This document shows, in pieces, positions 41,028 to 53,928 of a DNA stretch of 64,000 nt. Under the pieces are notes generated by a model. That model saw only the letters and a list, made by a program, of their open reading frames with translations. It searched no databases and was not told the origin of the DNA. Origin of the DNA: Escherichia coli (GTDB lineage Bacteria > Pseudomonadota > Gammaproteobacteria > Enterobacterales > Enterobacteriaceae). Location of the stretch: assembly GCF_022846255.1 (NCBI RefSeq), contig NZ_AP025682.1; one strand, given 5' to 3'. A program made the translations under genes and the position numbers. The stretch's first letter is position 1. Every line of letters begins with the position of its first letter.

Positions 41028-41717
41028 TTAAAAGCGGGTTGAAAAACGATATCCTGTACCGCGCACGGTCTGCACCATGCGGTCATGCCCGCCGGGCTCC
41101 AGTGCTTTACGCAGGCGACGAATGTGGACATCGACTGTACGATCTTCCACATACACGTTGGTTCCCCAGACGTGGTTTAACAGCTGCTCGCGGCTGTACA
41201 CGCGCTCAGGATGCGTCATAAAAAAGTGCAGCAGTTTAAATTCTGTCGGCCCCATCTCCAGCGGCTCTTCGCCCGCCATCACCCGGTGAGATGTCGGGTC
41301 GAGGCTTAGCCCCTGCATCTCAATCACCTCTTCCACCGCCATCGGCGAAATACGGCGCATTACCGCTTTGATTCGCGCCACCAGCTCCTTCGGCGAAAAC
41401 GGCTTGGTGATATAGTCATCCGCACCGGTTTCAAGGCCGCGCACGCGATCTTCTTCTTCCCCTCTGGCGGTCAACATCACCACTGGAATATCCCGGGTCA
41501 TCGACTCGCGCTTGAGGTGTTTGATGAACTGGATACCGGAGCCGCCAGGTAACATCCAGTCAAGGAGAATTAAATCCGGCCAGGGTTCATTCAGTTGATT
41601 CACAGCACTGTCATAATCTTCCGCTTCGACCGGCTGAAAGCCATTTTGTTCGAGCACGAAGCAGACCATTTCGCGAATTGGTGCTTCATCTTCTACGACC
41701 AGAATACGTCTCGCCAT
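41028..41717 (-). CDS. phoB: Phosphate regulon response regulator PhoB
   Basis: 229-aa [42 protein letters not shown]... Confidence 0.97.
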
Positions 41718-41770
41718 GATTTGCCCTGTTGTAATAAATAGGTTGCGATCATTAATGCGACGTCATTATG

Positions 41771-41798
41771 CGTCAGATTTATGACAGATTTATGAAAA
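41771..41798 (-). promoter_or_regulatory. Pho box (PhoB binding site) of the phoB promoter
   Basis: Minus strand reads ttttcataaatctgtcataaatctgacg, i.e. tandem CTGTCAT-type 7-bp repeats with 4-bp AT spacers, ~55-80 nt upstream of the phoB ATG. Confidence 0.85.
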
Positions 41799-41906
41799 GC
41801 TCGTCGCACATATCTTCAGGTTATTGATTTCCGTGGCGCAGAAAAAAGCAAATGGCACATCTGTTTGGGTATAATCGCGCCCATGCTTTTTCGCCAGGGA
41901 ACCGTT

Positions 41907-43109
41907 ATGCGCATCCTTCACACCTCAGACTGGCATCTCGGCCAGAACTTCTACAGTAAAAGCCGCGAAGCTGAACATCAGGCTTTTCTTGACTGGCTGC
42001 TGGAGACAGCACAAACCCATCAGGTGGATGCGATTATTGTTGCCGGTGATGTTTTCGATACCGGCTCGCCCCCCAGTTACGCCCGCACGTTATACAACCG
42101 TTTTGTTGTCAATTTACAGCAAACTGGCTGTCATCTGGTGGTACTGGCAGGAAACCATGACTCGGTCGCCACGCTGAATGAATCGCGCGATATCATGGCG
42201 TTCCTCAATACTACCGTGGTCGCCAGCGCCGGACATGCGCCGCAAATCTTGCCTCGTCGCGACGGGACGCCAGGCGCAGTGCTGTGCCCCATTCCGTTTT
42301 TACGCCCACGTGACATTATTACCAGCCAGGCGGGGCTTAACGGTATTGAAAAACAGCAGCATTTGCTGGCGGCTATTACTGATTATTATCAACAACACTA
42401 TGCCGATGCCTGCAAACTGCGCGGCGATCAGCCTCTGCCCATCATCGCCACGGGACATTTAACAACTGTGGGTGCCAGTAAAAGTGATGCCGTGCGTGAC
42501 ATCTATATTGGCACGCTGGACGCGTTTCCGGCACAAAACTTTCCACCAGCCGACTACATCGCGCTCGGGCATATTCACCGCGCACAGATTATTGGCGGCA
42601 TGGAACATGTTCGCTATTGCGGTTCCCCCATTCCACTGAGTTTTGATGAATGCGGTAAGAGTAAATATGTCCATCTGGTGACATTTTCAAACGGCAAATT
42701 AGAGAGCGTGGAAAACCTGAACGTACCGGTAACGCAACCCATGGCGGTGCTGAAAGGCGATCTGGCGTCGATTACCGAACAGCTGGAACAGTGGCGCGAT
42801 GTATCACAGGAGCCACCTGTCTGGCTGGATATCGAAATCACTACTGATGAGTATCTGCATGATATTCAGCGCAAAATCCAGGCATTAACCGAATCATTGC
42901 CTGTCGAAGTATTGCTGGTACGCCGGAGTCGTGAACAGCGCGAGCGTGTGTTAGCCAGCCAACAGCGTGAAACCCTCAGCGAACTCAGCGTCGAAGAGGT
43001 GTTCAATCGCCGTCTGGCACTGGAAGAACTGGATGAATCGCAGCAGCAACGTCTGCAGTATCTTTTCACCACGACGTTGCATACCCTCGCCGGAGAACAC
43101 GAAGTATGA
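41907..43109 (+). CDS. sbcD: Nuclease SbcCD subunit D
   Basis: Start re-derived at [27 protein letters not shown] (400 aa). Confidence 0.95.
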   Translation: MRILHTSDWHLGQNFYSKSREAEHQAFLDWLLETAQTHQVDAIIVAGDVFDTGSPPSYARTLYNRFVVNLQQTGCHLVVLAGNHDSVATLNESRDIMAFLNTTVVASAGHAPQILPRRDGTPGAVLCPIPFLRPRDIITSQAGLNGIEKQQHLLAAITDYYQQHYADACKLRGDQPLPIIATGHLTTVGASKSDAVRDIYIGTLDAFPAQNFPPADYIALGHIHRAQIIGGMEHVRYCGSPIPLSFDECGKSKYVHLVTFSNGKLESVENLNVPVTQPMAVLKGDLASITEQLEQWRDVSQEPPVWLDIEITTDEYLHDIQRKIQALTESLPVEVLLVRRSREQRERVLASQQRETLSELSVEEVFNRRLALEELDESQQQRLQYLFTTTLHTLAGEHEV

Positions 43110-46100
43110 AAATTCTCAGCCTGCGCCTGAAAAACCTGAACTCATTAAAAGGCGAATGGAAGATTGATTTCACCCGCGAGCCGTTCGCCAGCAACGGGCT
43201 GTTTGCCATTACCGGCCCAACCGGTGCGGGGAAAACCACCCTGCTGGACGCCATTTGTCTGGCGCTGTATCACGAAACTCCGCGCCTTTCTAACGTTTCA
43301 CAATCGCAAAATGATCTCATGACCCGCGATACCGCCGAATGTCTGGCGGAGGTGGAGTTTGAAGTGAAAGGTGAAGCGTATCGTGCGTTCTGGAGCCAGA
43401 ATCGGGCGCGTAACCAGCCCGACGGTAATTTGCAGGTGCCACGCGTTGAGCTGGCGCGCTGTGCCGATGGCAAAATTCTCGCCGACAAAGTGAAAGATAA
43501 GCAGGAACTGACGGCGACGTTAACCGGACTGGATTACGGGCGCTTCACCCGTTCGATGCTGCTTTCGCAGGGGCAATTTGCTGCCTTCCTGAATGCCAAA
43601 CCCAAAGAACGCGCGGAATTGCTCGAGGAGTTAACCGGCACTGAAATCTACGGACAAATCTCGTCGATGGTGTTTGAGCAGCACAAATCGGCCCGCACAG
43701 AGCTGGAGAAGCTGCAAGCGCAGGCCAGCGGCGTCGCGTTGCTCACGCCGGAACAAGTGCAATCGCTGACAGCGAGTTTGCAGGTACTTACTGACGAAGA
43801 AAAACAGTTAATTACCGCGCAGCAGCAAGAACAACAATCACTAAACTGGTTAACGCGTCTGGACGAATTGCAGCAAGAAGCCAGCCGCCGTCAGCAGGCC
43901 TTGCAACAGGCGTTAGCCGAAGAAGAAAAAGCGCAACCTCAACTGGCGGCGCTCAGTCTGGCACAACCGGCACGAAATCTTCGTCCGCACTGGGAACGCA
44001 TCGCAGAACACAGCGCGGCGCTGGCGCATACTCGCCAGCAGATTGAAGAAGTAAATACTCGCTTACAGAGCACAATGGCGCTTCGCGCGAGCATTCGCCA
44101 CCACGCGGCGAAGCAGTCAGCAGAATTACAGCAGCAGCAACAAAGCCTGAATACCTGGTTACAGGAACACGACCGCTTCCGTCAGTGGAACAACGAACTG
44201 GCGGGTTGGCGTGCGCAGTTCTCCCAACAAACCAGCGATCGCGAGCATCTGCGGCAATGGCAGCAACAGTTAACCCATGCTGAGCAAAAACTTAATACGC
44301 TTGCGGCGATCACGTTGACGTTAACCGCCGATGAAGTTGCTAGCGCCCTGGCGCAACATGCCGAGCAACGCCCACTGCGTCAGCGCCTGGTCGCGCTGCA
44401 TGGGCAGATTGTTCCCCAACAAAAACGTCTGGCGCAGTTAATGGTCACTATCCAGAATGTCACTCTGGAACAGACGCAACGTAATGCCGCACTTAACGAA
44501 ATGCGCCAGCGTTATAAAGAAAAGACGCAGCAACTTGCCGATGTGAAAACCATTTGCGAGCAGGAAGCGCGCATCAAAACGCTGGAAGCCCAGCGCGCGC
44601 AGTTACAGGCGGGTCAGCCTTGTCCACTTTGTGGTTCCACCAGCCATCCAGCGGTCGAGGCGTATCAGGCGCTGGAACCGGGTGTTAATCAGGCCCGGCT
44701 ATTAACGCTGGAAAAAGAAGTGAAAAAGCTCGGCGAAGAAGGTGCGGCGCTGCGCGGGCAACTGGATGCATTAACGAAGCAGCTTCAGCGCGATGAAAAC
44801 GAAGCGCAAAGCCTCCGACAAGATGAGCAAGCACTTACTCAACAATGGCAAGCCGTCACGGCCAGCCTCAATATCACCTTGCAGCCACAGGACGATATTC
44901 AACCGTGGCTGGATGCACAAGATGAGCACGAACGCCAGCTGCGGTTACTCAGCCAACGACATGAATTACAAGGGCAGATTGCCGCACATAATCAGCAAAT
45001 TATCCAGTATCAACAGCAAATTGAACAACGCCAGCAGCAACTCTTAACGGCATTGGCGGGTTATGCACTGACATTGCCACAGGAAGATGAAGAAGAGAGC
45101 TGGTTGGCGACACGTCAGCAAGAAGCGCAGAGCTGGCAGCAACGCCAGAACGAATTAACCGCGCTGCAAAACCGTATTCAGCAGCTGACGCCGATTCTGG
45201 AAACGTTGCCGCAAAGTGATGAGCTCCCGCACAGCGAAGAAACTGTGGCGCTGGAAAACTGGCGGCAGGTTCATGAACAATGTCTCGCATTACACAGCCA
45301 GCAGCAGACGTTACAGCAACAGGATGTTCTGGCGGTGCAAAGTCTGCAAAAAGCCCAGGCGCAGTTTGACACCGCGCTACAGGCGAGCGTCTTTGACGAT
45401 CAGCAGGCGTTCCTTGCGGCGCTAATGGATGAACAAACACTAACGCAGCTGGAACAGCTCAAGCAGAATCTGGAAAACCAGCGCCGTCAGGCGCAAACGC
45501 TGGTCACTCAGACAGCAGAAACGCTGACACAGCATCAGCAACACCGACCTGGCGGGTTGTCTCTCACTGTGACGATGGAGCAGATTCAGCAAGAGCTAGC
45601 GCAAACTCACCAAAAGTTGCGTGAAAACACCACGAGTCAAGGCGAGATTCGCCAGCAGCTGAAGCAGGATGCAGATAACCGTCAGCAACAACAAACCTTA
45701 ATGCAGCAAATTGCTCAAATGACGCAGCAGGTTGAGGACTGGGGATATCTGAATTCGCTAATAGGTTCCAAAGAGGGCGATAAATTCCGCAAGTTTGCCC
45801 AAGGGCTGACGCTGGATAATTTAGTCCATCTCGCTAATCAGCAACTCACCCGGCTACACGGGCGCTATCTGTTACAGCGCAAAGCCAGCGAAGCGCTGGA
45901 AGTTGAGGTTGTTGATACCTGGCAGGCTGATGCGGTACGCGATACCCGTACCCTTTCCGGCGGCGAAAGTTTCCTCGTCAGTCTGGCGCTGGCACTGGCG
46001 CTTTCAGATCTGGTCAGCCATAAAACGCGTATTGACTCGCTGTTCCTTGATGAAGGTTTTGGCACACTGGATAGCGAAACGCTGGATACCGCCCTTGATG

Positions 46101-46249
46101 CGCTGGATGCCCTGAATGCCAGTGGCAAAACCATCGGGGTGATTAGCCACGTTGAGGCGATGAAAGAGCGTATTCCGGTGCAGATCAAAGTGAAGAAGAT
46201 CAATGGACTGGGCTACAGCAAACTGGAAAGTGCGTTTGCAATGAAATAA
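43106..46249 (+). CDS. sbcC: Nuclease SbcCD subunit C (SMC-like ATPase)
   Basis: 1047-aa ORF with N-terminal Walker A (GPTGAGKTT), long Gln-rich coiled coil, CxxC hook (CPLCGS) and C-terminal signature/Walker B (LSGGESF...[11 protein letters not shown]); 4-nt overlap with sbcD. Confidence 0.96.
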   Translation: MKILSLRLKNLNSLKGEWKIDFTREPFASNGLFAITGPTGAGKTTLLDAICLALYHETPRLSNVSQSQNDLMTRDTAECLAEVEFEVKGEAYRAFWSQNRARNQPDGNLQVPRVELARCADGKILADKVKDKQELTATLTGLDYGRFTRSMLLSQGQFAAFLNAKPKERAELLEELTGTEIYGQISSMVFEQHKSARTELEKLQAQASGVALLTPEQVQSLTASLQVLTDEEKQLITAQQQEQQSLNWLTRLDELQQEASRRQQALQQALAEEEKAQPQLAALSLAQPARNLRPHWERIAEHSAALAHTRQQIEEVNTRLQSTMALRASIRHHAAKQSAELQQQQQSLNTWLQEHDRFRQWNNELAGWRAQFSQQTSDREHLRQWQQQLTHAEQKLNTLAAITLTLTADEVASALAQHAEQRPLRQRLVALHGQIVPQQKRLAQLMVTIQNVTLEQTQRNAALNEMRQRYKEKTQQLADVKTICEQEARIKTLEAQRAQLQAGQPCPLCGSTSHPAVEAYQALEPGVNQARLLTLEKEVKKLGEEGAALRGQLDALTKQLQRDENEAQSLRQDEQALTQQWQAVTASLNITLQPQDDIQPWLDAQDEHERQLRLLSQRHELQGQIAAHNQQIIQYQQQIEQRQQQLLTALAGYALTLPQEDEEESWLATRQQEAQSWQQRQNELTALQNRIQQLTPILETLPQSDELPHSEETVALENWRQVHEQCLALHSQQQTLQQQDVLAVQSLQKAQAQFDTALQASVFDDQQAFLAALMDEQTLTQLEQLKQNLENQRRQAQTLVTQTAETLTQHQQHRPGGLSLTVTMEQIQQELAQTHQKLRENTTSQGEIRQQLKQDADNRQQQQTLMQQIAQMTQQVEDWGYLNSLIGSKEGDKFRKFAQGLTLDNLVHLANQQLTRLHGRYLLQRKASEALEVEVVDTWQADAVRDTRTLSGGESFLVSLALALALSDLVSHKTRIDSLFLDEGFGTLDSETLDTALDALDALNASGKTIGVISHVEAMKERIPVQIKVKKINGLGYSKLESAFAMK

Positions 46250-46374
46250 CTATTCAGCAGGATAATGAATACAGAGGGGCGAATTATCTCTTGGCCTCGC
46301 TGGTCGTTATCCTGCAAGCTATCACTTTATTGGCTACGGTGATTGGTAGCCGTTCTGGTGGTTGTGATGGTGGT

Positions 46375-47559
46375 ATGAAAAAAGTTATTTTATCTTTGGC
46401 TCTGGGCACGTTTGGTTTGGGGATGGCCGAATTTGGCATTATGGGCGTGCTCACGGAGCTGGCGCATAACGTAGGAATTTCGATTCCTGCCGCCGGGCAT
46501 ATGATCTCGTATTATGCGCTGGGGGTGGTGGTCGGTGCGCCTATAATCGCGCTTTTTTCCAGTCGCTACTCACTCAAACATATCTTGTTGTTTCTGGTGG
46601 CGTTGTGCGTCATTGGCAACGCCATGTTCACGCTCTCTTCGTCTTACCTGATGCTCGCCATTGGTCGGCTGGTTTCCGGCTTTCCGCATGGTGCATTTTT
46701 TGGCGTCGGCGCGATCGTGTTATCAAAAATTATCAAACCCGGCAAAGTCACCGCCGCCGTGGCAGGGATGGTTTCCGGGATGACAGTCGCCAATTTGCTG
46801 GGCATTCCACTGGGAACGTATTTAAGTCAGGAATTTAGTTGGCGTTACACCTTTTTGTTGATCGCTGTTTTTAATATTGCGGTGATGGCATCGGTCTATT
46901 TTTGGGTGCCGGATATTCGCGACGAGGCGAAAGGAAAACTACGCGAACAATTTCACTTTTTACGCAGCCCTGCCCCGTGGTTAATTTTCGCTGCTACGAT
47001 GTTTGGCAACGCAGGTGTGTTTGCCTGGTTCAGCTACGTAAAGCCATACATGATGTTTATTTCCGGTTTTTCGGAAACGGCGATGACCTTTATTATGATG
47101 TTAGTTGGGCTAGGGATGGTGCTGGGGAATATGCTAAGTGGCAGGATTTCAGGACGTTATTCACCACTGCGCATTGCAGCAGTGACTGACTTTATCATTG
47201 TACTGGCACTGCTGATGCTCTTTTTCTTCGGCGGTATGAAAACAACGTCGCTTATTTTTGCTTTTATTTGTTGCGCGGGATTATTTGCCCTATCAGCACC
47301 TCTACAAATATTATTACTGCAAAATGCCAAAGGCGGAGAGTTATTAGGTGCCGCAGGTGGGCAAATAGCGTTTAACCTCGGTAGCGCCGTCGGCGCATAT
47401 TGCGGTGGTATGATGCTGACGCTGGGGCTGGCATATAATTACGTGGCGCTGCCCGCCGCCCTGCTTTCGTTTGCTGCGATGTCGTCGTTGCTGCTGTATG
47501 GTCGCTATAAGCGCCAGCAAGCGGCGGATAGTCCGGTGCTGGCGAAACCACTGGGGTAG
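46375..47559 (+). CDS. araJ: MFS transporter AraJ
   Basis: Start re-derived at MKKVILSLALGTFGLGMAEFGIMGVLTELAHNVG (394 aa). Confidence 0.93.
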   Translation: MKKVILSLALGTFGLGMAEFGIMGVLTELAHNVGISIPAAGHMISYYALGVVVGAPIIALFSSRYSLKHILLFLVALCVIGNAMFTLSSSYLMLAIGRLVSGFPHGAFFGVGAIVLSKIIKPGKVTAAVAGMVSGMTVANLLGIPLGTYLSQEFSWRYTFLLIAVFNIAVMASVYFWVPDIRDEAKGKLREQFHFLRSPAPWLIFAATMFGNAGVFAWFSYVKPYMMFISGFSETAMTFIMMLVGLGMVLGNMLSGRISGRYSPLRIAAVTDFIIVLALLMLFFFGGMKTTSLIFAFICCAGLFALSAPLQILLLQNAKGGELLGAAGGQIAFNLGSAVGAYCGGMMLTLGLAYNYVALPAALLSFAAMSSLLLYGRYKRQQAADSPVLAKPLG

Positions 47560-47585
47560 ATTGCAGTCACGGTGCACGTTGCTTA

Positions 47586-47673
47586 TTGTCGGATGCGGCG
47601 TGAACGCCTTATCGGCCTACGGTTCCGGCACATTTTGCAGGCCTGATAAGACGCGGCAAGCGTCGCATCAGGC
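47586..47673. repeat. REP element cluster (BIME-like)
   Basis: Two REP-type palindromic units: ggatgcggcgtgaacgccttatc and gcctgataagacgcggcaagcgtcgcatcaggc, between convergent araJ and mak. Confidence 0.7.
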
Positions 47674-47698
47674 ATGATACGCCAATTGCCTGGTTTTT

Positions 47699-48607
47699 TT
47701 ACTCTTGTGGCCATAACCATGCAGCGCCGCGTACGCCGCTCGAATCACCATGTTTCGCCTTGCGTACCGGCGTTTCACATTCTCCGCCGAAGACAAATTG
47801 TTTAATCAACTGTGGAACCGTTTGATATAAACGGTCTACATTGCTCATTCCGCCGCCCAGGACAATCACATCCGGATCGAGAATATTCACGACATGTGCC
47901 AGCGATTTTGCCAGCCGCAGCTCGTAGCGACGCAATGCCAGTTCCGCTACCGGATCGCTTTCTTCAACCAGGCGGATAATTTCACTGCCTTTCAGCGCAT
48001 GTCCGCTCAAACGACGATAATCCGTCGCGAATCCCGTGCCTGAAATAAAGGTTTCAATACAACCTTGTTTACCGCAATAACAAGGGACTTCCTCGCGATA
48101 ACGCAGTTCGTCTTCGTCCATCCACGGTAGCGGATTGTGTCCCCACTCGCCTGCCGTGCCATTGCCGCCGATATGCGCCCGCCCATTGAATGCCACGCCC
48201 GCGCCGCATCCCGTGCCGATAATCACGGCAAATACCGTCTGCGCTCCCGCTGCCGCGCCATCTACCGCTTCTGAAACCGCCAGACAGTTGGCGTCATTTG
48301 CCAGCCGCACTTCCCGCTGCAACCGCGCGCTTAAGTCTTTATCGAATGGCTGACCGTTGAGCCAGGTTGAATTGGCATTCTTCACCACGCCGGTGTAGGG
48401 CGAAATCGAACCAGGAATGCCCATACCTACCGTTCCGCGCTGCCCTGTTGCCTGCTCCGCCATATCAACCAACGTGGCGATCGTTTCAATAGTCTGCCGG
48501 TAATCATCACGCGGCGTGGGCAGACGATGGCGGTACAACTGCTCCCCTGCATCGCCCAATGCAATTACTTCAGTTTTGGTGCCGCCTAAATCGATACCTA
48601 TACGCAC
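47699..48607 (-). CDS. mak: Fructokinase / manno(fructo)kinase (ROK family)
   Basis: 302-aa [42 protein letters not shown]... Confidence 0.94.
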   Translation of the reverse strand: MRIGIDLGGTKTEVIALGDAGEQLYRHRLPTPRDDYRQTIETIATLVDMAEQATGQRGTVGMGIPGSISPYTGVVKNANSTWLNGQPFDKDLSARLQREVRLANDANCLAVSEAVDGAAAGAQTVFAVIIGTGCGAGVAFNGRAHIGGNGTAGEWGHNPLPWMDEDELRYREEVPCYCGKQGCIETFISGTGFATDYRRLSGHALKGSEIIRLVEESDPVAELALRRYELRLAKSLAHVVNILDPDVIVLGGGMSNVDRLYQTVPQLIKQFVFGGECETPVRKAKHGDSSGVRGAAWLWPQE

Positions 48608-48730
48608 GGTACTCTCCTTATTTTTTCAATATCAATAGCGTAGAGACGGACAACCGGATTGGCAATGCAAGGCCGCCGACAATTCGTTATCATGCCCGCT
48701 AAATTTAACGACAAGGCCGTGGAAATTATC

Positions 48731-49642
48731 ATGCTGTGGTTCAAAAATTTAATGGTTTACCGTCTTAGCCGCGAGATTTCGCTGCGTGCAGAAGAGATGG
48801 AAAAACAGCTAGCCTCGATGGCATTTACCCCATGCGGCAGCCAGGACATGGCGAAGATGGGCTGGGTACCTCCGATGGGATCGCACAGCGATGCGTTAAC
48901 GCACGTTGCCAATGGTCAAATTGTTATCTGTGCGCGCAAAGAAGAAAAAATCCTCCCGTCCCCGGTGATTAAACAGGCGCTGGAAGCGAAAATCGCCAAA
49001 CTGGAAGCAGAACAGGCGCGTAAGCTGAAGAAAACCGAAAAAGATTCGCTGAAAGACGAAGTGCTGCACTCTCTGCTGCCGCGTGCTTTCAGCCGTTTTA
49101 GCCAGACAATGATGTGGATCGACACGGTTAACGGTTTGATTATGGTGGACTGCGCCAGCGCCAAAAAAGCGGAAGATACGCTGGCACTGCTGCGTAAAAG
49201 CCTGGGGTCGTTACCGGTTGTACCATTGAGCATGGAAAACCCGATTGAACTGACGCTGACCGAATGGGTACGCTCCGGCAGCGCAGCACAGGGCTTCCAG
49301 CTGCTTGATGAAGCCGAGCTGAAATCACTGCTGGAAGATGGCGGCGTGATCCGCGCGAAGAAACAAGATCTGACCAGCGAAGAGATCACCAACCACATTG
49401 AAGCAGGAAAAGTGGTGACTAAACTGGCGCTCGACTGGCAGCAGCGCATTCAGTTTGTGATGTGCGACGATGGTTCACTCAAGCGTCTGAAGTTCTGCGA
49501 CGAGTTGCGCGATCAAAACGAAGATATCGATCGTGAAGATTTCGCCCAGCGCTTTGATGCCGACTTCATCCTGATGACTGGTGAACTGGCAGCGTTAATT
49601 CAAAACCTGATCGAAGGATTAGGTGGCGAAGCACAACGTTAA
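48731..49642 (+). CDS. rdgC: Recombination-associated protein RdgC
   Basis: Start re-derived at [32 protein letters not shown] (303 aa). Confidence 0.94.
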
Positions 49643-49660
49643 TTGCTGATTTACCTTTAA

Positions 49661-49698
49661 TGCCGGATGCGACGCCTGCCGCGTCTTATCCGGCGTAC
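49661..49698. repeat. REP-like palindromic element downstream of rdgC
   Basis: tgccggatgcgacgcctgccgcgtcttatccggcgtac, imperfect palindrome of the REP type. Confidence 0.6.
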
Positions 49699-49799
49699 AA
49701 AGCCACACCAGGCATATAATTATTCGCTACGGCGGGCAATAATTTTTAGCGCAGCAATATTATGCGTTTTACGCTGTAACTTGCTCCAGGGGCGTTGTG

Positions 49800-50078
49800 T
49801 CATTGTTTTTCCTCAAGCCGGTGACGCGCTTCACTGCGAATTTTCCGCGTTGCCCCGATTTTCACTAAATCCCGTAACTGCGAAAGAGCGGGTTGATCGA
49901 CAAATAACAGTAATGATGGCTCCTCTTTTAGCCACGCCGTTTTCACATCGGCAGCCAGCTGTGGATTATTAATAGCCAGCGACCGATCCTGAGACTCAGT
50001 CAATGTCGTTAACAACACCGGGGTATGTGCGTTGCGCAATGCCGTTTGGCGCAAATGAACATTGCGACTTTGCAGCAA
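49800..50078 (-). CDS. Hypothetical 92-aa protein (possibly the ykiA counterpart)
   Basis: 92-aa ORF MLQSRNVHLRQTALRNAHTPVLLTTLTESQDRSLAINNPQ...; lies where K-12 has the small gene ykiA between rdgC and ppnP, but I cannot confirm the sequence from memory. Confidence 0.4.
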   Translation of the reverse strand: MLQSRNVHLRQTALRNAHTPVLLTTLTESQDRSLAINNPQLAADVKTAWLKEEPSLLLFVDQPALSQLRDLVKIGATRKIRSEARHRLEEKQ

Positions 50079-50285
50079 TGCACGCCACCATTCATCATCT
50101 GATTTATCTTTTATCGTCGCCAGTTCCGCAACAATATCTGGAGATCTTCGCTGATATTTATATCAACCTTGACGAATTATGAATATATCGGAAATCGAAA
50201 AAATCCCAGCAAAGGAAATATTATTATGGGTTAAAGAGAGGACATTTCAGAAAAATGCCCTCCCGTTCAAGGGGAAGGCGAGGAA

Positions 50286-50570
50286 TTACAGATAGCGGCA
50301 CAGATAAGAGGTGGGTTCGGCAACTTGCAGATGAAACTCGCTGTGACCGGGAACATTAAACACCGAACCGGCTTCATACACTTGCCAGTCGGTCGCGTCA
50401 GGCAGTAACACATTCAGCGCACCACTGATTACCGTCATCTCTTCAGGCTCAGCGGTGCTGAAGGTGTATTCGCCTTCAACCATAACACCCACGCTGGCGC
50501 GACCAGTGCTGCTGCTGGAAAAGCCGATCGATTTCACTTTGCCGGAAAAGTACTCATTACTTTGAAGCAT
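50286..50570 (-). CDS. ppnP: Pyrimidine/purine nucleoside phosphorylase PpnP (YaiE)
   Basis: 94-aa [40 protein letters not shown]... Confidence 0.93.
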
Positions 50571-50641
50571 AAACTGGCCCTGTCTGGTAGTTGAACATCT
50601 ACTTCACTATAGGGGCCAGAGGCGCTGGCTGTCACGCAAAA

Positions 50642-51319
50642 TTACACCAGTAATTCCGCAGCCAGCCGTGCAATCAATACGTTAGAGAGCAAGACAGGAA
50701 CATCGAGCTGTTTTTGCAGTAAATCGCGATGACGTTGGTGAAATCCTAAACAATCCAGCATGATGACATCAGCCCCTTTTGCCAGTAATTCTTTCCCGGC
50801 ATCAATGATTTTTTGTTCTGAATCATGAATGGGGTTACCCAATGAAAATACTGGCGGTTTCTGCAAAATTTGCCATTTTTGCGCCTGAACGGGCAGCATC
50901 TCCTCAACCGGAACGATAACCCCCACCTGATGATCTTCAACAATAGAAGAAACCAGCGGAGGCAATATTCGCGATGGCTCAAGAAAGATCGTATTACGCG
51001 CAGTCATACTACTAATGTTTGCTGTACTCATTAATAAAATGACGTCATAACCCTGATTATCGAGCACTTCAACCACACCTTGCAGGTCTCGCTCCACTTT
51101 GCGACGCGAAACATGGGCCAGCTGGTTGTCATTTAATAATGTGAGAATTGTGTCTTCGCCTGCTTCTGGCGCGTACTCCGCCATCACTTCTTCGCGGCTT
51201 AACTTCCCCAGCAGGCTATGATGGGAAATATTATCTTCGTCAATGTATTCTGTCAGGAGCGGCAAAACTTCCTGCATAGGTACAATGCCGATAGTCAGGA
51301 TCGCCAACGACGCACTCAT
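50642..51319 (-). CDS. aroM: Protein AroM
   Basis: 225-aa [42 protein letters not shown]... Confidence 0.92.
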   Translation of the reverse strand: MSASLAILTIGIVPMQEVLPLLTEYIDEDNISHHSLLGKLSREEVMAEYAPEAGEDTILTLLNDNQLAHVSRRKVERDLQGVVEVLDNQGYDVILLMSTANISSMTARNTIFLEPSRILPPLVSSIVEDHQVGVIVPVEEMLPVQAQKWQILQKPPVFSLGNPIHDSEQKIIDAGKELLAKGADVIMLDCLGFHQRHRDLLQKQLDVPVLLSNVLIARLAAELLV

Positions 51320-51576
51320 TGTTCTTCCACCTTACTTTTATTTCGTCGTTAATTACCGGGCAAGTGTTAAGCACCACTGCTGACACTTACTTGTGCTACA
51401 AATGACAAAAAGCGTAGCAGCAGACCTGCACTGCATAATGTAAAGATTCCAAATGATTCCAGTAATGGATTGTTATTGTTTAATATTCTAATTATTTGAA
51501 AAACATGAATTGTGAAAAATGTGACGCAGATCCCTTGTGGCGGCACTCAGAATCCCTTCCGAGCAGTCTGATGCGG

Positions 51577-51777
<201 letters not shown>

Positions 51778-51817
51778 TTATTTCACGGGATGAACGTTAA
51801 GTATAGGCGCTCGAAAA

Positions 51818-52342
51818 TCAACAATTGATCGTCTGTGCCAGAGCGCTGCGAATTTCAGAAATCACCTGGCTGGGTTCGTTTGTTGCGTCGATGATAATAT
51901 GCGCAACTTCGCGATATAGCGCATCGCGTTCTTCCAGCACTTCCTGAACTTCTTCGCTCAGTGGTTTTCCCGTTAAGGTTGGCCGTAAATCTTCTTCCGG
52001 TGCAGCTTGCAGTCGGTTAACCAGGACTGATACTGGCGCACACAAATAAACCACGATCCCGTTATTTTGCATGAAGTGACGATTAAATTCCGTCAGAATA
52101 ATGCCGCCGCCCGTGGCGATAACGGTGGATGGCGCAGTTACCGCTTCCAGCGCCGCCGTTTCTCTGGCGCGGAATCCCGCCCACTCTTCCCTTTCGACGA
52201 TATCCGCGACCGTCATATTGAGCTGTGATTGCAACCACTGGTCGGTATCGACAAACCGACGGTTAAGCGAATCGGCAAGGGCCATTCCGACCGTTGTTTT
52301 ACCACAGCCCCGAGGCCCGATCAGAAAAAGAGGTTGTGTCAT
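51818..52342 (-). CDS. aroL: Shikimate kinase II
   Basis: 174-aa [41 protein letters not shown]... with P-loop GPRGCGKTT. Confidence 0.96.
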   Translation of the reverse strand: MTQPLFLIGPRGCGKTTVGMALADSLNRRFVDTDQWLQSQLNMTVADIVEREEWAGFRARETAALEAVTAPSTVIATGGGIILTEFNRHFMQNNGIVVYLCAPVSVLVNRLQAAPEEDLRPTLTGKPLSEEVQEVLEERDALYREVAHIIIDATNEPSQVISEIRSALAQTINC

Positions 52343-52399
52343 CGTGGGTTTTCCCCAATAGGTCGCAATGCGGCGAAAGCCGGTGTCATGAGAATAGCG

Positions 52400-52524
52400 A
52401 TCATACCATCAAACTAGTACAATTTCGATTGTAAAGAAAAAATTCCACTTAAGGTGGAAATCTCAATACATCCCTTACTATACCAATAAATATTCAAGAA
52501 TGAAGTGTAAATAATAAATTACAT
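52400..52524 (-). promoter_or_regulatory. aroL upstream operator region with TyrR-box-like and TrpR half-site-like motifs
   Basis: tgtaaataataaattaca (52506-52523) fits the TyrR box TGTAAA-N6-TTTACA with one mismatch; weaker box tgtaaagaaaaaattcca (52430-52447); aactagtac (52412-52420) resembles a trp-operator half-site; aroL is known to be repressed by TyrR and TrpR. Confidence 0.45.
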
Positions 52525-52983
52525 TTAGCCACGACTACGTTGCACTTCCAGCCACCACTTCTCCAGCTCCGCAGCAAAAGCCTGGCGGTCACGTTGTGAA
52601 AGACTATCTGGTCCTCCGGTCTGGATCCCACTGGCACGTAAGGTATCCATAAAATCGCGCATCGTCAGGCGCTCACGAATGGTCGCTGGCGTGTAACGTT
52701 CGCCGCGCGGATTAAGCGCCGCCGCGCCTTTCTCGATGGCTTCAGCAGCCAAAGGTATATCTGCGGTGATCACCAAATCGCCCGCTTCACACTGCCGAAC
52801 AATTTCGTTATCAGCAACGTCGAAACCTGCCGCGACGCGCAGCGTACGAATAAATCGCGATGGCGGCACGCGTAAACTCTGGTTTGCTACCAGTACCAGC
52901 GGCATCTGCATACGTTCCGCCGCGCGATACAAAATCTCTTTAATTACATTGGGACACGCGTCGGCATCCACCCAAATTGTCAT
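52525..52983 (-). CDS. yaiI: UPF0178 protein YaiI
   Basis: Start re-derived at [34 protein letters not shown] (152 aa) within the 192-aa track ORF. Confidence 0.9.
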   Translation of the reverse strand: MTIWVDADACPNVIKEILYRAAERMQMPLVLVANQSLRVPPSRFIRTLRVAAGFDVADNEIVRQCEAGDLVITADIPLAAEAIEKGAAALNPRGERYTPATIRERLTMRDFMDTLRASGIQTGGPDSLSQRDRQAFAAELEKWWLEVQRSRG

Positions 52984-53102
52984 AAAGTCATCCTTTGTTG
53001 GGTAATCCTCTATTGTGTCGCGCTTTTGCCTTCCGGCATAGTTCTGTTTATGCTTCTGCCAGCGATTATCAAAACAATGAATTTCACGGCAGGAGTGAGG
53101 CA

Positions 53103-53912
53103 ATGGAAAAGAAAATCGGTTTTATTGGCTGCGGCAATATGGGAAAAGCCATTCTCGGCGGTCTGATTGCCAGCGGTCAGGTGCTTCCAGGGCAAATCTG
53201 GGTATATACCCCCTCCCCGGATAAAGTCACCGCCCTGCATGACCAGTTCGGCATCAACGCCGCAGAATCGGCGCAAGAAGTAGCGCAAATCGCCGACATC
53301 ATTTTTGCCGCCGTTAAACCAGGCATCATGATTAAAGTGCTTAGCGAAATCACCTCCAGCCTGAATAAAGACTCTCTAGTCGTTTCTATTGCTGCAGGTA
53401 TCACGCTCGACCAGCTTGCCCGCGCGCTGGGCCATGACCGGAAAATTATCCGCGCCATGCCGAACACTCCCGCGCTGGTTAATGCCGGGATGACCTCCGT
53501 AACGCCAAACGCGCTGGTAACCCCAGAAGATACCGCTGATGTGCTGAATATTTTCCGCTGCTTTGGCGAAGCGGAAGTGATTGCTGAGCCGATGATCCAC
53601 CCGGTGGTCGGTGTGAGCGGTTCTTCGCCAGCCTACGTCTTTATGTTTATCGAAGCGATGGCCGACGCCGCCGTGCTGGGCGGGATGCCACGCGCCCAGG
53701 CGTATAAATTTGCCGCTCAGGCGGTAATGGGCTCCGCAAAAATGGTGCTGGAAACGGGAGAACATCCGGGGACACTGAAAGATATGGTCTGCTCACCGGG
53801 AGGCACCACCATTGAGGCGGTACGCGTACTGGAAGAGAAAGGCTTCCGTGCCGCAGTGATCGAAGCGATGACGAAGTGTATGGAAAAATCAGAAAAACTC
53901 AGTAAATCCTGA
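53103..53912 (+). CDS. proC: Pyrroline-5-carboxylate reductase
   Basis: Start re-derived at [35 protein letters not shown] (269 aa). Confidence 0.95.
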   Translation: MEKKIGFIGCGNMGKAILGGLIASGQVLPGQIWVYTPSPDKVTALHDQFGINAAESAQEVAQIADIIFAAVKPGIMIKVLSEITSSLNKDSLVVSIAAGITLDQLARALGHDRKIIRAMPNTPALVNAGMTSVTPNALVTPEDTADVLNIFRCFGEAEVIAEPMIHPVVGVSGSSPAYVFMFIEAMADAAVLGGMPRAQAYKFAAQAVMGSAKMVLETGEHPGTLKDMVCSPGGTTIEAVRVLEEKGFRAAVIEAMTKCMEKSEKLSKS

Positions 53913-53928
53913 TGACTTTTGCCGGACG

